64,000 nucleotides of DNA, taken from assembly GCF_009914755.1 (NCBI RefSeq), contig NC_060948.1, one strand, 5' to 3'. The position numbers and the translations under genes are program-made. Under the pieces are notes generated by a model. The model saw only the letters and a list, made by a program, of their open reading frames with translations. It did no database searches and was not told where the DNA came from. This DNA comes from the human T2T-CHM13v2.0 reference genome, Homo sapiens. Every line of letters begins with the position of its first letter. Position 1 is the stretch's first letter. Shown here one piece after another: positions 63,801 through 64,000 of the stretch.

Positions 63801-64000
63801 TCGAATGGATTGGAAAGGAATAGAATGGAATGGAATGGAATTGACTCAAATGGAATGGACTAGAATGGAATGGATTCGAATGGAAGGCAAAGGAATGGAA
63901 TCTATTGGAATGGACTGTAATGGAATGGAATGGAAGGGATTGGAATGGACTCGAATGGAATGGACTGCAGTAGAAAGGATTCGAATGGAATGAAAAAGAA

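Larger units (their letters stand above)
25297..64000 (+). repeat. DYZ1: DYZ1 / HSat3 (GGAAT)n satellite array with ~3.55-kb higher-order unit
   Basis: Continuous degenerate GGAAT pentamers. Unit starts in junction phase: 25297, 28076, 31634, 35193, 38732, 42246, 45795, 49309, 52858, 56407, 59956, 63475 (lengths 2779, 3558, 3559, 3539, 3514, 3549, 3514, 3549, 3549, 3549, 3519, then a partial unit). One conserved EcoRI site (30121) and one HaeIII site (30160, next at 33719) per full-length unit, as expected for the 3.4-kb HaeIII / ~3.56-kb DYZ1 repeat. Confidence 0.95.

Noticed and set aside
25347-63993. Hundreds of 60-275 aa ORFs (MEWNG- and FHSIP-rich) on both strands
   Set aside because: These are the translations of (GGAAT)n and (ATTCC)n, which lack stop codons. 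They overlap in all frames and open or close with random unit variants.
25297-64000. HSat2, telomeric repeat or G-quadruplex array
   Set aside because: The repeat is a GGAAT pentamer with a ~3.55-kb period rather than HSat2 organisation or TTAGGG, and GGG runs are too sparse for canonical G4.

Overview
No protein-coding genes are supportable here. The window is human satellite heterochromatin that matches the Y-chromosome Yq12 DYZ2/DYZ1 organisation. Bases 1-25296 are a tandem array of ~2.42-kb DYZ2 (HSat1B) units. Each unit has a ~1.55-kb near-pure AT segment, a minus-strand AluY-like element of ~292 bp and a ~570-bp HSATI-type segment; there are 10 Alu copies, and one unit has lost its Alu block. 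Bases 25297-64000 are a (GGAAT)n HSat3 array with ~3.51-3.56-kb DYZ1 higher-order units (11 units plus a partial one). The identification rests on repeat structure and on predicted HaeIII fragments of 2146 bp and ~3.55 kb, matching the classical 2.1-kb and 3.4-kb male-specific bands; no database search was run. All ORFs in the track look like by-products of satellite periodicity. I found no previously undescribed gene system. The most interesting signals are three perfect in-register heat-shock elements per DYZ1 unit, nested recent duplications (7253-bp trimer, 7063-bp dimer), deleted and diverged units flanking a clean DYZ2/DYZ1 junction, and footprints of recombination or gene conversion.
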